The notes: generated by a model from the sequence alone, not told the origin. A DNA stretch of 61,307 bases from Candidatus Aminicenantes bacterium RBG_19FT_COMBO_65_30 (GCA_001775755.1 MEYF01000076.1:1-61307); one strand, 5' to 3'; counted from the stretch's first letter, positions 40,765-48,952 are shown. Program-made: numbers and translations.

Positions 40765-40807
40765 CAACGGTCCTTGAACCCCTTGACCCGGGAATTGAGA
40801 ACAGCGG

Positions 40808-41845
40808 ATGAAAGTCAACGTCTGGAATACGATCTTGCAGCTCAGCAAAGAGCGGCGCGTCGAGCCGTGCGTCATCATCCAGGCGATCGAAGAATCCCTC
40901 CGGGTCGCTTCCTCTAAGTTCTTCTCCAAGAGCGAGAACGTCCAGGTCCTGTTCAAGCCCGAAAAGGGCGAGCTCCGCGTCTTCGCCGTCAAACGCGTGA
41001 CGGAAAACCCCAAGAACTCCGCCGAAGAGATCTCCCTCGACGAGGCCCGGGCGATCCGCGCCGAGGCCAAGGAGGGCGAAACGGTGGAGATCGACCTGCC
41101 CTCCGACACCTTGGGCCGCATCGCCGCCCAGGCCGCCAAGCAGGTCATCTTCCAGAAGGTCCGCGACGCCGAACAGGAGAAGATCTACGGCGACTTCGCC
41201 CCCCGCATCGGCGAGATCGTCACCGGCGTCGTCCGGAGGGTCGAGGACAGCGTCATCATTCTCGAAGTCAACCGGACCGATGTCGCCTTCCCCCTGCGCG
41301 AGAAGCTCCCCAACGAGGAACACCAGCGGGGGGACCTGGTCAAGGCCGTCATCACTCAGGTCCTCAAGGGCTACCAGGGGCTCCAGATCATCGTTTCGCG
41401 AACCTCGCCGCGGTTCCTGGCCCGGCTCCTCGAGACCGAGATCCCGGAGATCGCCAACGGGACGATCGAGATCAAAGATATCGTCCGCCAGCCCGGCGAG
41501 CGGTCCAAGGTCGCCGTGGCCAGCCTCGAACGCGATATCGACCCCGTCGGCGCCTGCATCGGCGTCAAGGGGAACAGGATCCTGGCCATCTCCAAAGAGC
41601 TCCAGGGCGAGAAGGTCGACATCATCGAGTGGTCGCCCGACCTCGTCAGCTACGCCAAGGCCGCTCTCAGCCCGGCCAAGGTCAACCGGCTCCAGGTCGT
41701 GAGCCGGACCGAGCAAGCCATGCTGGCCATCGTCCCCCAGGACCAGCTCTCGCTGGCCATCGGCAAGAAGGGGATCAACGTCAAGCTGGCCTCCCGCCTC
41801 GTCGGCTGGAAAATCTCCATCAAGCAAGAAGACGCGAATGAGTGA
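40808..41845 (+). CDS. nusA: transcription termination/antitermination factor NusA (short form, no AR repeats)
   Basis: 345 aa with N-terminal, S1 and two KH domains (GERSKVAV, DPVGACIGVKGNRI, LAIGKKGINVKLA). Confidence 0.95.
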   Translation: MKVNVWNTILQLSKERRVEPCVIIQAIEESLRVASSKFFSKSENVQVLFKPEKGELRVFAVKRVTENPKNSAEEISLDEARAIRAEAKEGETVEIDLPSDTLGRIAAQAAKQVIFQKVRDAEQEKIYGDFAPRIGEIVTGVVRRVEDSVIILEVNRTDVAFPLREKLPNEEHQRGDLVKAVITQVLKGYQGLQIIVSRTSPRFLARLLETEIPEIANGTIEIKDIVRQPGERSKVAVASLERDIDPVGACIGVKGNRILAISKELQGEKVDIIEWSPDLVSYAKAALSPAKVNRLQVVSRTEQAMLAIVPQDQLSLAIGKKGINVKLASRLVGWKISIKQEDANE

Positions 41846-43970
41846 AACAACCAAGAAGCCCGCCGTCAAGAAGTCCGTCAAGGCCAAAGCGCCCAAGCCC
41901 GCCGCTCCCAAGCCGGAACCTCTCAAGCCGGCCGCCCACAAGCCCGTTCCCTTGGCGCCCGTGAAGCCGGCACCCCGTAAGCCGACGCCTTCGCCGGCCC
42001 CGGCGCCAAAGCCTGCCGTTCCCTCGAAGCCGGTCCCGCCGGCGGCCGCAGCGCCCAAGCCCGCGGCACCGCTGAAACCGGCAGCACCCCAGCGTCCCGC
42101 GGCCGCGAAGCCCGCCACGCCCGCGCCGCCCAAGCCTGCAACTCCCCCCCCGGCCCCGGCGAGGCCCGTCCCTCCACAGCCCGCGGCCGCGCCCAAGCCT
42201 ACGCCCCCGCTCGCCCCGCCCAAGCCGAGGCAGAAGGTCGCGTTCAGGGAGGGTTGGCTGCTCAAGGACGCGGCCGAAGCGATGAAGGTCAGGCCCAAGG
42301 ACCTCCTCGATAAGCTCGCCTCCAAGGGCTTCGCCGCCGACCTCGATGAATTCGTCGACGCCGAGCTCGCCGCGGTCATCACCAAGGTCACGAACTTCGA
42401 CGCGGAGTTCATAACCCTCGACCAGGCCATGCGCCAGAAGGCCGAGGGCCGGACGGCCGAGCTCGCGCCGAGGTCGCCCGTCGTCGCCATCATGGGCCAC
42501 GTCGACCACGGCAAGACGACCCTCCTCGACGCCATCCGCTCCTCTAACCTCGTCGACAAGGAATCGGGCGGCATCACCCAACACATCGGCGCCTACCGCG
42601 TCGCCGCCAAGAATCGGACCATCACCTTCATCGACACGCCCGGTCATGAGGCCTTCACCCAGCTCCGGTCGCGCGGGGCGAAGGCCACGGACATCGTCAT
42701 CCTGGTCATCGCGGCCGACGACGGCGTCATGCCCCAGACGAAAGAGGCCATCGACCACGCTAAGGCGGCCGGCGTGCCGATCATCGTGGCCATCAACAAG
42801 ATCGACAAGCCCGAAGCCAATGTCGATCGCGTCAAGCAGCAGCTGTCCAAAGAGAACCTCCTCGTCGAGGACTGGGGCGGCAAGACCATCAGCGTCGAGG
42901 TCTCGGCCCGGGAGAAGAAGAACGTCGGCGACCTGCTCGAGATGATCCTCCTGCTCAGCGACATCCTCGAGATCAAAGCCAACCCCAATGTCCCCGCCCA
43001 GGGCGTCGTCCTCGAGGCCCGCCTCGACAGCCAGAAGGGGCCCATCGCCACGGTGATCGTCCAGCAGGGCACCCTCCTCCAGGGGCAGGCGTTCGTCTCC
43101 GGCCTGTCCATGGGCAAGGTCCGGGCCATGTTCGACGAGCACGGCAAGGTCCTCAAGAGCGCCGGGCCGTCCATGCCCGTCGAGATCATGGGCTTTTCGG
43201 AAGTCCCCGTCGCCGGCGATCCCTTCCAGGTCATGGAGGACCCCACCGCGGCCAAGCACGTCGTCGAGTTCAGGAAATCCCGGGTCAAGGGCAAGGAATC
43301 GCCCCGAGACCCCGGCGCCACCCTCGACGAGCTCTTCAAGAAGATCGAGGGCGGCCAGGCCAAGGAGCTGAGCCTCATCCTCAAGGCCGACGTCCAGGGC
43401 TCGATCGAGGTCCTCTCGGGCGTTGTCCCGCCTCTCGGCACGGAGAAGGTCAAGATCAAGATCGTCCACGCCGCCACCGGGAACATCACCGAGGCGGACG
43501 TCCTCCTGGCCTCGGCCTCCAAGGCCATCATCATCGGCTACAACGTCAAGCCGGGCTCCAAGATCCTCGAACTGGCCAAGAAGGAGGACGTCGAGATCCG
43601 GACCTACAAGATCATCTACCAGCTCACGGACGACATCAAGAAGGCCGTCATCGGCCTCCTCGAGCCCATCATCAAGGAGACCTTCCAGGGCCGGGCCGAG
43701 GTCCGCAAGGTCTTCCAGATCCCCAAGGTCGGCGCGATCGCCGGTTGTTTTGTCCAGGACGGCAAGATCACCCGCAACGCCGAAGCCCGCGTCATGCGCG
43801 GCCGCGAGGTCATCCACCAAGGACGGATCTCCTCCCTCAAGCACCTCAAGGAGAACGTCACCGAAGTCAAGAAGGACTACGAGTGCGGCATCGGCGTCGG
43901 CGGCTTCAACGATTTCCAGCCGGGCGATACCATCGAGGTGTTCATCCGCGAAAAAGTCAAGGCCGTCTAG
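41838..43970 (+). CDS. infB: translation initiation factor IF-2
   Basis: G domain GHVDHGKT, DTPGH and NKID. The N-terminal region of about 120 aa is Pro/Ala/Lys-rich. It overlaps nusA by 8 nt. Confidence 0.97.
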   Translation: MSETTKKPAVKKSVKAKAPKPAAPKPEPLKPAAHKPVPLAPVKPAPRKPTPSPAPAPKPAVPSKPVPPAAAAPKPAAPLKPAAPQRPAAAKPATPAPPKPATPPPAPARPVPPQPAAAPKPTPPLAPPKPRQKVAFREGWLLKDAAEAMKVRPKDLLDKLASKGFAADLDEFVDAELAAVITKVTNFDAEFITLDQAMRQKAEGRTAELAPRSPVVAIMGHVDHGKTTLLDAIRSSNLVDKESGGITQHIGAYRVAAKNRTITFIDTPGHEAFTQLRSRGAKATDIVILVIAADDGVMPQTKEAIDHAKAAGVPIIVAINKIDKPEANVDRVKQQLSKENLLVEDWGGKTISVEVSAREKKNVGDLLEMILLLSDILEIKANPNVPAQGVVLEARLDSQKGPIATVIVQQGTLLQGQAFVSGLSMGKVRAMFDEHGKVLKSAGPSMPVEIMGFSEVPVAGDPFQVMEDPTAAKHVVEFRKSRVKGKESPRDPGATLDELFKKIEGGQAKELSLILKADVQGSIEVLSGVVPPLGTEKVKIKIVHAATGNITEADVLLASASKAIIIGYNVKPGSKILELAKKEDVEIRTYKIIYQLTDDIKKAVIGLLEPIIKETFQGRAEVRKVFQIPKVGAIAGCFVQDGKITRNAEARVMRGREVIHQGRISSLKHLKENVTEVKKDYECGIGVGGFNDFQPGDTIEVFIREKVKAV

Positions 43971-43988
43971 CGGCGCGGGAGGGTTCCG

Positions 43989-44267
43989 ATGATCGTCGGT
44001 GTCCTGACGCTCGAGCTTTTTTTCCCCTACGCCCGCTCTCTCAAGGACAAGCGGCGCGTCCTCCACGGCTTCAAGGACAGGCTCCGCCGCTACAACGTCG
44101 CCCTGGCCGAGGTCGACTTTCAGGACAAGTGGCAGCGGGCCCGGCTCGGGATCGTCACCCTCAACAGCCAGCAGGCCGTCGTCGAAGAGGTCTTCGGCCG
44201 CGTCCTCGCCGACGCCCGGAACCTCCAGGAGGCGGAAGTCGCCGGCCAGGAGATCCGCTATGTCTGA
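43989..44267 (+). CDS. DUF503 family protein (YlxP-like)
   Basis: 92 aa (LTLELFFPYARSLKDKRRV...), at the conserved position between infB and rbfA. Confidence 0.8.
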   Translation: MIVGVLTLELFFPYARSLKDKRRVLHGFKDRLRRYNVALAEVDFQDKWQRARLGIVTLNSQQAVVEEVFGRVLADARNLQEAEVAGQEIRYV

Positions 44268-44613
44268 GAAGAGCTTCCGGACGCGGCGCGTGGCCGAGCT
44301 CGTCCAAGCGGAGCTCAGCCGCCTCCTCATCGGCGAATTCCAGGACTCCGCATCGGGCTTCCTGACCGTCACCCGGGTGGAGATGACCCCGGACCTCCTC
44401 ACGGCGCGCGTCTTCCTCAGCGTTTTCGGGACAGAGGATCCCGGGGCCCTTCTCGATCGCATCGATAAGAGCAAGGGATACATCCGGCGGACGCTTGCCT
44501 CCCGGGTGAAGTTGAAGTATAATCCCCAGCTATTTTTCGCCCTGGATCCGGGCCCTGAGCACCAGGAGAGGATCGACAAGCTGATCGAGGAGGCGAAGAG
44601 ACATGGGCGCTGA
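44260..44613 (+). CDS. rbfA: ribosome-binding factor A
   Basis: 117 aa with RbfA-type sequence (RRVAELVQAELSRLL...VTRVEMTPDL..A.VF). Confidence 0.9.
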   Translation: MSEKSFRTRRVAELVQAELSRLLIGEFQDSASGFLTVTRVEMTPDLLTARVFLSVFGTEDPGALLDRIDKSKGYIRRTLASRVKLKYNPQLFFALDPGPEHQERIDKLIEEAKRHGR

Positions 44614-45595
44614 CCCGAGAGAGCTCATCGCGGCCAGGATCAAGGCGTCGCGGACGATGGCCGTGACCTCCCACCTCCGCCCGGACGGCGACTCCCTCTG
44701 CACGGCCCTGGCCATTTCGCTGATGGGCGGCCTCATGGGCAAGGACGTGGCCATCATCAACCACGACCCGACGCCCCTGCCCTTCGCCGGCTTCCCCGAG
44801 CTCGCCGGGATCCACATCGGTCCGATCCGGGCGGCGGACTTCGACACCATCATCCTCCTCGAATGCGCCGACGTTTCCCGCTCCGGCCACGAGGGCCTGG
44901 ACGGCGTCTATAAGATCAACATCGACCACCACTATTCGAACACGCCTTACGCCGACATCAACTGGATCGACCCCGAGGCGCCGGCCGTGGGCGAGATGGT
45001 CTTCGATCTGAGCCGCTTCCTGGGGATCCGCCTGACGCCCGAGATCGCCGAGAGCCTCTACTGCGCCATCGTTTCCGACACGGGCTCGTTCCAGTTCTCC
45101 AACACGACGCCCCGCGCCCTGGCCGCCGCGACCGAGCTGGCCCGTCTCGGGGCCAGTCCCATCCGCGTCACGGAGAAGCTCTACAACAACAACCGGCCGG
45201 AGAAGATCCAGCTCCTCGGCCGCGTCCTCTCCAGTCTGACCATGAACGGCAAGGGGACGATCGCCGTCATCAGCATGTTCAAACACGACGCCGAATCCCT
45301 CGGCCTCAAGGAGGTCGACACCGAGGACATGACGACCCTGGCCCGGTCCATCAAGGGGGTCGAGATGGTCATGTTCTTCAAGGAGATGGCCCCCGAATGC
45401 TTCCGGGTCAGCCTGCGGTCCAAGGGCGGCGCCAACGCGGCCCGGGTGGCCGAGCATTTCGGCGGCGGCGGCCACGTCCACGCCTCGGGGTTCACCGTTT
45501 ACGGCCCTTACGACCGTCTCATCCGCGAAGTCCCCGCGACAGTCGAATCCCTCCTCGACGGGACCCCGCGGGAGCCGTCCGGGCCGGCCCGCTGA
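44603..45595 (+). CDS. DHH-family phosphoesterase (NrnA-like oligoribonuclease / pAp phosphatase)
   Basis: DHH motifs (HLRPDGDSL, NIDHHYSN) and the DHHA1 motif GGGGH. Confidence 0.85.
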   Translation: MGADPRELIAARIKASRTMAVTSHLRPDGDSLCTALAISLMGGLMGKDVAIINHDPTPLPFAGFPELAGIHIGPIRAADFDTIILLECADVSRSGHEGLDGVYKINIDHHYSNTPYADINWIDPEAPAVGEMVFDLSRFLGIRLTPEIAESLYCAIVSDTGSFQFSNTTPRALAAATELARLGASPIRVTEKLYNNNRPEKIQLLGRVLSSLTMNGKGTIAVISMFKHDAESLGLKEVDTEDMTTLARSIKGVEMVMFFKEMAPECFRVSLRSKGGANAARVAEHFGGGGHVHASGFTVYGPYDRLIREVPATVESLLDGTPREPSGPAR

Positions 45596-45612
45596 AAGCC
45601 GGAACGACCCGG

Positions 45613-46530
45613 ATGGTCAGCGACGGGCTAATCGTCATCGACAAACCCGCCGGGCTGACCTCCCACGACGTCGTGCAGAGGGTCCGGAAGCTCCTGGGCA
45701 CCCGGCGCGTCGGTCACGGCGGAACGCTCGATCCGGACGCGACCGGCGTCCTCCTCGTCGCGGCGGGCCAGGCGACACGCTTTTTCCCCTACCTCTCCAA
45801 GGAGAACAAGGTCTACGAAGGCCGCATCCGTCTCGGTTTCGCGACCGATACCTACGACGCCTCCGGCCGGCCGGCCTCGGAGGAATGCCGCGATCTTCCG
45901 GCCCTCGAAGACTTGGCTCCGGCCATGAAGGCCTTCGAAGGGGAGATCCTCCAGACGCCGCCGCGCTATTCGGCGAAAAAGCTCGGCGGCCGGCCGGTCT
46001 ACAAGCTGGCCCGGGCCGATAAGGAGTTCACCCTCGAACCGTCCGCCGTCACCGTCGTGCGGTTCGCCATCCGGGCCTACCGGCCGCCGTTCGTCGATTT
46101 TGAGGCGGAGTGCTCGGCCGGGACCTACATCAGGTCGCTCGCCCACGATCTCGGCCGGCGCCTGGGCTGCGGCGCCCACCTCGACACGCTCCGGCGGACA
46201 TCCATCGGCCCCTACGCCCTGTTCGACGCCGTTCCGCTCGCCGGCTTTGAGGAAGCGGCCGCCAGGGGCGAAGCGGCCAAGCATATCCTGCCGCTCGAAC
46301 GGCTTCTCCCCTGGGTTCCCGCCGTCACCGTCCTCCCCCTGGCGGAAATCAGGATCCGTCACGGCTCTTCGCTCGAGCCGGCCCACCTCGCGGCGCCCCT
46401 CCCGGACTCTCCTCCGTTCCCCGGAGAGACGCGCCTGGTCCGGCTGTTCTCCGGATCCGGCAAGCTCCTCGCCCTGGCCCGCCCGTCCGCCGACGGCTCC
46501 AAGCTCCACCCCTTCCTCGTCCTCCCCTGA
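45613..46530 (+). CDS. truB: tRNA pseudouridine(55) synthase TruB
   Basis: Start at the internal ATG 45613 (MVSDGLIVIDKPAGLTSHDVV). The catalytic Asp context is GHGGTLDPDATGVL. Confidence 0.93.
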   Translation: MVSDGLIVIDKPAGLTSHDVVQRVRKLLGTRRVGHGGTLDPDATGVLLVAAGQATRFFPYLSKENKVYEGRIRLGFATDTYDASGRPASEECRDLPALEDLAPAMKAFEGEILQTPPRYSAKKLGGRPVYKLARADKEFTLEPSAVTVVRFAIRAYRPPFVDFEAECSAGTYIRSLAHDLGRRLGCGAHLDTLRRTSIGPYALFDAVPLAGFEEAAARGEAAKHILPLERLLPWVPAVTVLPLAEIRIRHGSSLEPAHLAAPLPDSPPFPGETRLVRLFSGSGKLLALARPSADGSKLHPFLVLP

Positions 46531-46578
46531 TCTTCTCCTTCCAAGCCGGAATTCATCCTTGAAATTTGGCCGGGGGTA

Positions 46579-46875
46579 ATGTATTGTATTGGGGTTATGC
46601 GCCTGAATAAGAACCAAATCGAGCATCTCGGCTCGGTGATCCTGCGCAACCTGGCCAAGGAAGGCAAGATCATCATCGAGGACAAGGCCCGTCTGCTCGA
46701 AGAGGTGACGTCCCTGCTCATCGACGAGTTCCAGAAGGAGGACCGCCTCGACCAGGAGGTCCGCGAGCTCCTCAGCAAGCACATGGAGAAGATCCGCAAG
46801 GAGAACATCGAGTACCAACAGATGTTCAAGCTCATCAAGGCCAAGCTGGCCCGGGAAAAGGGGATCGTCCTGTGA
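46579..46875 (+). CDS. DUF507 family protein
   Basis: Small charged helical protein (..MRLNKNQIEHLGSVILRNLAKEG...). An alternative start is ATG 46597. Confidence 0.75.
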   Translation: MYCIGVMRLNKNQIEHLGSVILRNLAKEGKIIIEDKARLLEEVTSLLIDEFQKEDRLDQEVRELLSKHMEKIRKENIEYQQMFKLIKAKLAREKGIVL

Positions 46876-47162
46876 GCAGCCGGCTGTCGCGGGAAAAGAT
46901 CAACTACCTGTCCCGCCAGGTCCTCAACGTCCTCGAAAAGGACGACCAGGTCGATTTTCTGGACGATCCCAACGAGATCCGCCTGATCATCGTCAAGGCC
47001 ATCGAGGAGGAAATGAAGCTCTACGAGGCCATTGACAAGAAGGCCATCGACAAGATCCAGTCCCAGAAGAAGGCCATCGAGGAAGGCGGCCGGGAGTGGG
47101 AGATCCTCTACCGGAAATACTATAACGACGAGCTGGCCAAACTCGGCAAGCTCAGCGACTGA
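46872..47162 (+). CDS. DUF507 family protein (second, divergent copy)
   Basis: 96 aa (LSREKINYLSRQVLNVLEKDD...). It is a paralogue of the preceding gene and overlaps it by 4 nt. Confidence 0.75.
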   Translation: MSSRLSREKINYLSRQVLNVLEKDDQVDFLDDPNEIRLIIVKAIEEEMKLYEAIDKKAIDKIQSQKKAIEEGGREWEILYRKYYNDELAKLGKLSD

Positions 47163-47190
47163 GTCCCAATTCCGGGAATCTTTTCTTACG

Positions 47191-47309
47191 CGGCAATAAA
47201 ACCACCCCTAGCCCCCCGGCCCCCCCGGGGACCTGTCCCGACGGTCCCCCCATCGCAAGCGATGGGTCCCCCCCCGCTACGGGGGTCGTCGGGGTGGTAT
47301 TTATCGCCG
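47191..47309. other. structured G/C-rich spacer element with four C6-C8 homopolymer tracts
   Basis: The outer helix pairs CGGCAATAAAACCACCCC (47191-208) with GGGGTGGTATTTATCGCCG (47291-309). Inner hairpins lie at 47249-66 and 47271-85. The C-tracts are at 47212-17, 47220-26, 47246-51 and 47268-75. Confidence 0.5.
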
Positions 47310-47343
47310 TCAAAGATTCCCCAAAATCGGGCCCAGAAGAGAG

Positions 47344-47377
47344 AAAAAAAAGGGCCGGAGAGTTCGCTCTCCGGCCC
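47344..47377 (-). terminator. rho-independent terminator of the PKD/beta-barrel gene
   Basis: The minus strand reads GGGCCGGAGAG-CGAA-CTCTCCGGCCC followed by T8, about 28 nt after the stop at 47405. Confidence 0.85.
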
Positions 47378-47404
47378 TTGTCAGGCGTTGGTTCGCGGTC
47401 CGGC

Positions 47405-48877
47405 TTAGAACAGGAACCTGAAGCCGACACCGGCCTTGTAGTTATGATTGAAGGACCGGCCGAGGGGGGCGCGGAATTCGAAGAACAGCTGCCCCTTGCT
47501 CGTCCACTTGTCGAAGACCAGGAAGCCGGTCTGTCCGACCAGGTCGAGGCCGAATGCGTGGTTCTCGTCTTTCGGCTGTGTCGCCGAGCTGACGCCGAGG
47601 CCGGTGCCCAGGAAGAAGCTCTGGAAGTGCCCGTTGACGAGCGCTTCGGCCATGAAGACGATGTTCCAGGGGTCGCCCTTGAACGGGATGCCGCCGCCGC
47701 CACTCAGGGTGAAGCTCCACTTGTCGGGCGTGATCCAGGCGAACATCCCGCCGCGCAGGAAGCCGTAGAGGGCCGAGCTCCCGCCGTAGATCCCGAGGCC
47801 GCCGCCGACGGTCCAGAAGAGCTTCTTCTGGGTCACTTCGAAGGTCAGGCGGCAGGGGTCGGACGCCGACGACTGGGCGCCGTCGTTATCGAAGACGGTC
47901 GTGTTGATCGTGTAGGTCCCGGCCTTGGTGAAGACTTTTTCCCAGGTCCAGGGCGTCCGCGTCGTCACGCAGGTGTCGATGACGTTCCCCTCGGAGTCGA
48001 GGAGCTCGAATACGACTTTGACGATCTGGCCGTCGGGGTCGCTCGATCCGGAGGCATCGAAGGTGATGGGCCGCCCGACGTAGTCCTCGCAGGGCATGCA
48101 GGACGTCCACAGCTTGCAGATGGGCGGGAAGTTGATGGCAACCTTGGCGGTGCAAGGGTTGGTCGCGGCGATGCCTTCCATGTTGACGGCCGCGCCCTTG
48201 AAGGAGTATTCGCCGGGCTTGTCGAACTTCGTCTGCCACTTGGGCGACTGGGGCGTCAGCTCCTGGGTGGCCAGCTTCTGGCCTTGGGCATCATAGATCT
48301 CGACGGTCATCGTCTTGGCGTACTGCGTCCCGCTCATGTCGACCGTGATCGGGTCGTTGACGTTGGCCCGCTCCGGGGTGACGACCAGGCTGCAGACGGC
48401 CGGCGGGATGGCGTCCACGACTTTCGCGCCGAGGGCGATGTTGCCGCAGTTCTTGGGGATGATGAAGTCGTAGATCTTCCAGTCCTTCGTGACCTGGACG
48501 ATGAACACCGGGAGAGGCTCCTTGCCCGCCCACTCGATGTTCCGGGCGACCTTGACCTGGTCGCGGGACTTGAAGAGCATCCAGGGGAACGTCTCGCCGA
48601 TGGGCAGGGTCGTGTCCGTCCATTCGGCCGTCTTCATCTGCTCCATGAAGGGCTCGTAGAGCTCGGAGTTCCCGGCCATGTCGAATCCGATCTTGACGTC
48701 GGCCGCATAGCGCTCGAAGAGGCCCTTCATGACCTCAGCGGTAGGAACCTGGCCCTTGATCTCGACGAAGGTATAAAGCCCGATCCTCTTGAGCTTGGTG
48801 GTTTGGGCGTAGGACATCATCGTGAACGCGACGAGCGCCATCACGATGAAGATTACGGCGGACTTGCGCATTTTCAT
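47405..48877 (-). CDS. secreted multidomain protein: N-terminal domain, Ig-like and PKD domains, and a C-terminal small beta-barrel
   Basis: Start at ATG 48877 (MKMRKSAVIFIVMALVAFTMMSYAQ) with AGGAGG upstream. PKD hallmark ITFDASGSSDPDGQI. The C-terminal ~130 aa is Gly/aromatic-rich with strand periodicity and ends GVGFRFLF. Confidence 0.8.
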   Translation of the reverse strand: MKMRKSAVIFIVMALVAFTMMSYAQTTKLKRIGLYTFVEIKGQVPTAEVMKGLFERYAADVKIGFDMAGNSELYEPFMEQMKTAEWTDTTLPIGETFPWMLFKSRDQVKVARNIEWAGKEPLPVFIVQVTKDWKIYDFIIPKNCGNIALGAKVVDAIPPAVCSLVVTPERANVNDPITVDMSGTQYAKTMTVEIYDAQGQKLATQELTPQSPKWQTKFDKPGEYSFKGAAVNMEGIAATNPCTAKVAINFPPICKLWTSCMPCEDYVGRPITFDASGSSDPDGQIVKVVFELLDSEGNVIDTCVTTRTPWTWEKVFTKAGTYTINTTVFDNDGAQSSASDPCRLTFEVTQKKLFWTVGGGLGIYGGSSALYGFLRGGMFAWITPDKWSFTLSGGGGIPFKGDPWNIVFMAEALVNGHFQSFFLGTGLGVSSATQPKDENHAFGLDLVGQTGFLVFDKWTSKGQLFFEFRAPLGRSFNHNYKAGVGFRFLF

Positions 48878-48930
48878 ATAAATCCTCCTGCGATTAGGTA
48901 TAGATAAACAAGTTCTATGAGGATTTATAT
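48876..48930 (-). promoter_or_regulatory. perfect 12-bp inverted repeat covering the RBS and start codon of the PKD/beta-barrel gene
   Basis: ATATAAATCCTC (48876-87) pairs with GAGGATTTATAT (48919-30), with 31 nt between the arms. The proximal arm covers part of the SD, the spacer and the AU of the AUG. The distal arm overlaps the predicted -10. Confidence 0.5.
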
Positions 48931-48952
48931 TAAACTCGGACCTATTTGTCAA
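48924..48952 (-). promoter_or_regulatory. candidate sigma-70 promoter for the PKD/beta-barrel gene
   Basis: The minus strand reads TTGACA - 17 nt - TATAAA. Confidence 0.45.

Noticed and set aside
40448-40807. Checked whether the spacer is RNase P RNA, SRP/4.5S RNA, tmRNA or a tRNA (metY-like).
   Set aside because: On neither strand did I find the RNase P motifs GAGGAAAGUCC and ACAGAAxCCGGCUUA, the SRP motif GGAAGGAAGCAGC, the tmRNA tRNA-like ends, or a GTTCGAATC-type T-loop. It therefore remains an unclassified candidate, reported as a finding rather than as a named RNA.
41860-42240. Highly repetitive Pro/Ala/Lys-rich coding stretch (KPAAP-like repeats, including a C8 run) at the start of infB, considered as a tandem repeat or phase-variable tract.
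   Set aside because: Low-complexity N-terminal linkers are normal in IF-2 of GC-rich bacteria. The repeats are imperfect at the DNA level, and the reading frame is intact.
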